From contig NC_057718.1 of assembly GCF_004010195.1 (NCBI RefSeq), positions 8,987,267 to 9,011,548 on the forward strand: a DNA stretch of 24,282 bases, read 5' to 3'. Below the pieces are notes generated by a model. The model did no database searches and was not told where the DNA came from. It was given only the letters and a program-made list of their open reading frames with translations. Source of the DNA: Chiloscyllium plagiosum (lineage: Eukaryota). Shown one piece after another: positions 21,851-24,282 of this stretch (positions within the stretch are counted from its first letter, which is position 1; every line of letters starts with the position of its first letter). Made by a program: the position numbers and the translations under genes.

Positions 21851-22186
21851 ACATTCTCACCTACCTGCAAAGAGAGCTGGAATCTCCTGATCCCATTGAT
21901 ACTGTCAGGATGTTACGTTGTATTGACAATCAGGACATTCTGCTGATAACTGTTTTCAATTATCATCATTGTTACTGGATTACTCCATTTCCAAATATAT
22001 TGTATCTTTCCCCATTTTTAATTAACCTTATTGTACAAGGTTCCTTTAAAACCTGGCTCCATCCTCAGCTTGAGGAAGAGAACCCATGATCTACCTGTGC
22101 AGACTGTCAGTCCTGTGTCAGCCTCATCAATATCTCTTCCAGCAATATCGTTTGTAATAAACAGCTTGTCAATTTCACCTGATCTG

Positions 22187-22339
22187 AAAATGTGTTGCTG
22201 GAACAGCGCAGCAGGTCAGGAAGGGCTTATGCCCGAAACGTCGATTCTCCTGTTCCCTGGATGCTGCCTGACCTGCTGCGCTGTTCCAGCAACACATTTT
22301 CAGCTCTGATCTCCAGCATCTGCAGACCTCACTTTCTCC
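22187..22339 (+). mobile_element. PLE fold-back insertion
   Basis: Perfect 18-bp flanking direct repeat TCAATTTCACCTGATCTG (22169-22186, 22340-22357) and a short inverted arm. Confidence 0.88.
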
Positions 22340-22389
22340 TCAATTTCACCTGATCTGGCTTGTGAGGTTTCTGCGTTATTGGGATAATT

Positions 22390-22632
22390 TACCCCAAGGG
22401 ACAACTGGGAGAACATCTCTCCCTGCAAGTTCCCCTCCAAACCACTCACCGTCCTGACTTGGAAACGTGTCACCTCTCCTTCAGTGTCGCTGGATCAAAA
22501 TCCCAGAATCCCTGCCTTATAACATGGGGACTGAAACAGTTCAAGAAGGCAGCTTACCATCATCTTCTCTCAGACAAATGGGGTGGGCCTGCCCAGCAAT
22601 TGACGCTCACATCTCACAAATAAACACAACAA
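22390..22632 (+). mobile_element. LINE 3' end (CR1/L2-group) sharing its tail with the second SINE family
   Basis: CKFPSKPLTVLTWK and TTCAAGAAGGCAGCT..CA..CTTCTC. The tail GACGCTCACATC resembles the SINE tail GATGCCCTCATCC. Confidence 0.6.
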
Positions 22633-23239
22633 AATCGCTTGGAATCATTGGGTGGAGGGGGGGGTGGGGAAGAGGAGGCAATTCAAAGTGGATAAGTGCA
22701 GTGGTAACAATTTTGGAAGGGTAGAAGCTTGGAGCCAAGACACTACGCAACAAAGCGTGGATCATCCAGAATTTAACTCATAACTCAGCTTCCTGTATTA
22801 CCATTGGCAGGACTCTGGATACTTTCATTGCTGCACACTGTCTCAAGCAAATCATCTCTCAAATAAAAACTGACAGAAAAGGAAGGTTGTTAATATTCAT
22901 CACAATTCTCTCTGGTGCTGCAGTTCTGCGTTTAAATAGATTTAAGATTAGAGTGAGCTATTGTGGTGCTGTCTCTTCTGAATAATGTCCTTCATGGCTC
23001 AGAGACAGGTGCATTGACGGAATTATTTCAGATTGCTACAGATGAACAATAAAGGAATTAAGAACCTGGAGTATCTTGTCAACAGAACCAACCTGGGCCA
23101 ACAATGAGTTTAAATAAAGGATTGTTACTCTTGAGTTTAACATTATTTAGAAGCAGGTATTTTCCTCCATTTGCTAAGATTCTGTTACAAACCAGGTTTC
23201 TGAGAACTAAGTAGAATTTTGCAGCAGAACACACAGATC

Positions 23240-23360
23240 CATCGACAACCCTGATTTTAATCGCTACATCATTGGTCTCCGTGCCTTCAGCAGCCTTGGC
23301 CTTAAACTCAGGAGTCCCCTCCATGCAGCCTCTCCATCTCTCTCACTTACTTTAACCTTT
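23240..23360 (+). mobile_element. L2-like 3' fragment
   Basis: IGLRAFSSLGLKLRSPL resembles G.RAFS..GP.LWNSLP. Confidence 0.55.
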
Positions 23361-23374
23361 CAACCAATACAGAG

Positions 23375-23538
23375 TGACTGATTGCCACATTTGGGAGATT
23401 TGCATTCAGTTTTATAGGAAGGATGTGGAGGCTTTGGAGAGGGTGCAAAAGAGGTTTACCAGATGTTGCATGGATTGGAGTGTATTAGCTATACGGAGAG
23501 ATTAGACAAACTTGGATTGATTCCACTAGAGCATCAAA
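23375..23538 (+). mobile_element. CR1 fragment
   Basis: [27 protein letters not shown]. Confidence 0.85.
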
Positions 23539-23840
23539 GGGAGGCGATGGTCTCGTGGTATTAACAAGAGACCCAGGTAATATTCTGGGAACCAGGGTTT
23601 GAATCCCATCATAGCTGGTGGTGGCATATGAATTCAATAAAAGATTAGATTTAAGAGCTTTATGATGACCATGAATTGGGGGGAAAAAAACTAATGTCCT
23701 TTAGCGAAGGAAATCTACCATCCTGATCTGCCCTATATGTGACTTCAGACCCACAGCAATGTGGTTGACTCTTAACTGCCCTCTGGGCAATAAATGCTGG
23801 CCAAGCCAGTGATGCCCTCATCCTGTGAGTGGAAAAAAAA
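23539..23840 (+). mobile_element. tRNA-derived SINE (second family)
   Basis: B-box-like GGGTTTGAATCCC and A tail. Matches the antisense of 1338-1678. Confidence 0.8.
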
Positions 23841-23844
23841 TTGA

Positions 23845-24282
23845 TTAGAGTCATAGAGTCATAGAGATGTACAGCACGGAAACAGACCCTTCGGTCCAAC
23901 CGATCAGATATCCCAACCCAATCTAGTCCCACCTGCCAGCACCCGGCCCATATCCCTCCAAACCCTTCCTATTCATACACCCATCCAAATGCCTCTTAAA
24001 TGTTGCAATTGTACCAGCCTCCACCACATCCTCTGGCAGCTCATTCCACACACGCACCACCCTCTGTGTGAAAAGGATGCCCCTGAGGTCTCTTTTATAT
24101 CTTTTCCCTCTCACCCTAAACCTATGCCCTCTAGTTCTGGACTCCCCCATCCCAGGGAAAAGACTTTGCCTATTTATCCTATCCATGCCCCTCATAATTT
24201 TGTAAACCTCAAAAAGTTCACTCCTCAGCCTCCGATGCTCTGGAAAACAGCCCCAGCCTGTTCAGCCTCTCCCTATAGCTCA
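23845..24282 (-). mobile_element. Young CR1 3' end (runs off window)
   Basis: ORF 23923-24195 is nearly identical to the 20424-20831 translation. (AGAGTCAT)n tail. Confidence 0.95.

Overview
Repeat-dense eukaryotic non-genic DNA, almost certainly from a cartilaginous fish. It carries HE1-type V-SINEs and several shark-type CR1 families; an orectolobiform shark is plausible but is inference only. No intact protein-coding gene, tRNA/rRNA gene or CRISPR array can be supported. Most of the window is a nested mosaic of CR1 LINE 3' ends, L2 and Rex1/Babar LINE remnants, two tRNA-derived SINE families, Penelope-like elements (PLEs) and very decayed Gypsy-like LTR-retrotransposon pieces. The PLE content is two GIY-YIG-encoding 3' ends plus at least six short fold-back insertions, five of them with 10-18 bp target-site duplications (TSDs). 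Most notable: minimal hammerhead-ribozyme cores in the PLE tails, one of them enclosed in a long fold-back stem; a 168-bp locally templated inverted duplication; a ~1 kb element combining a 24-bp minisatellite with a Rex1-type 3' tail; and a pair of diverged LTR-like direct repeats next to an integrase tail and polypurine tract. Family names come from recalled motifs, not database searches, and boundaries are approximate.
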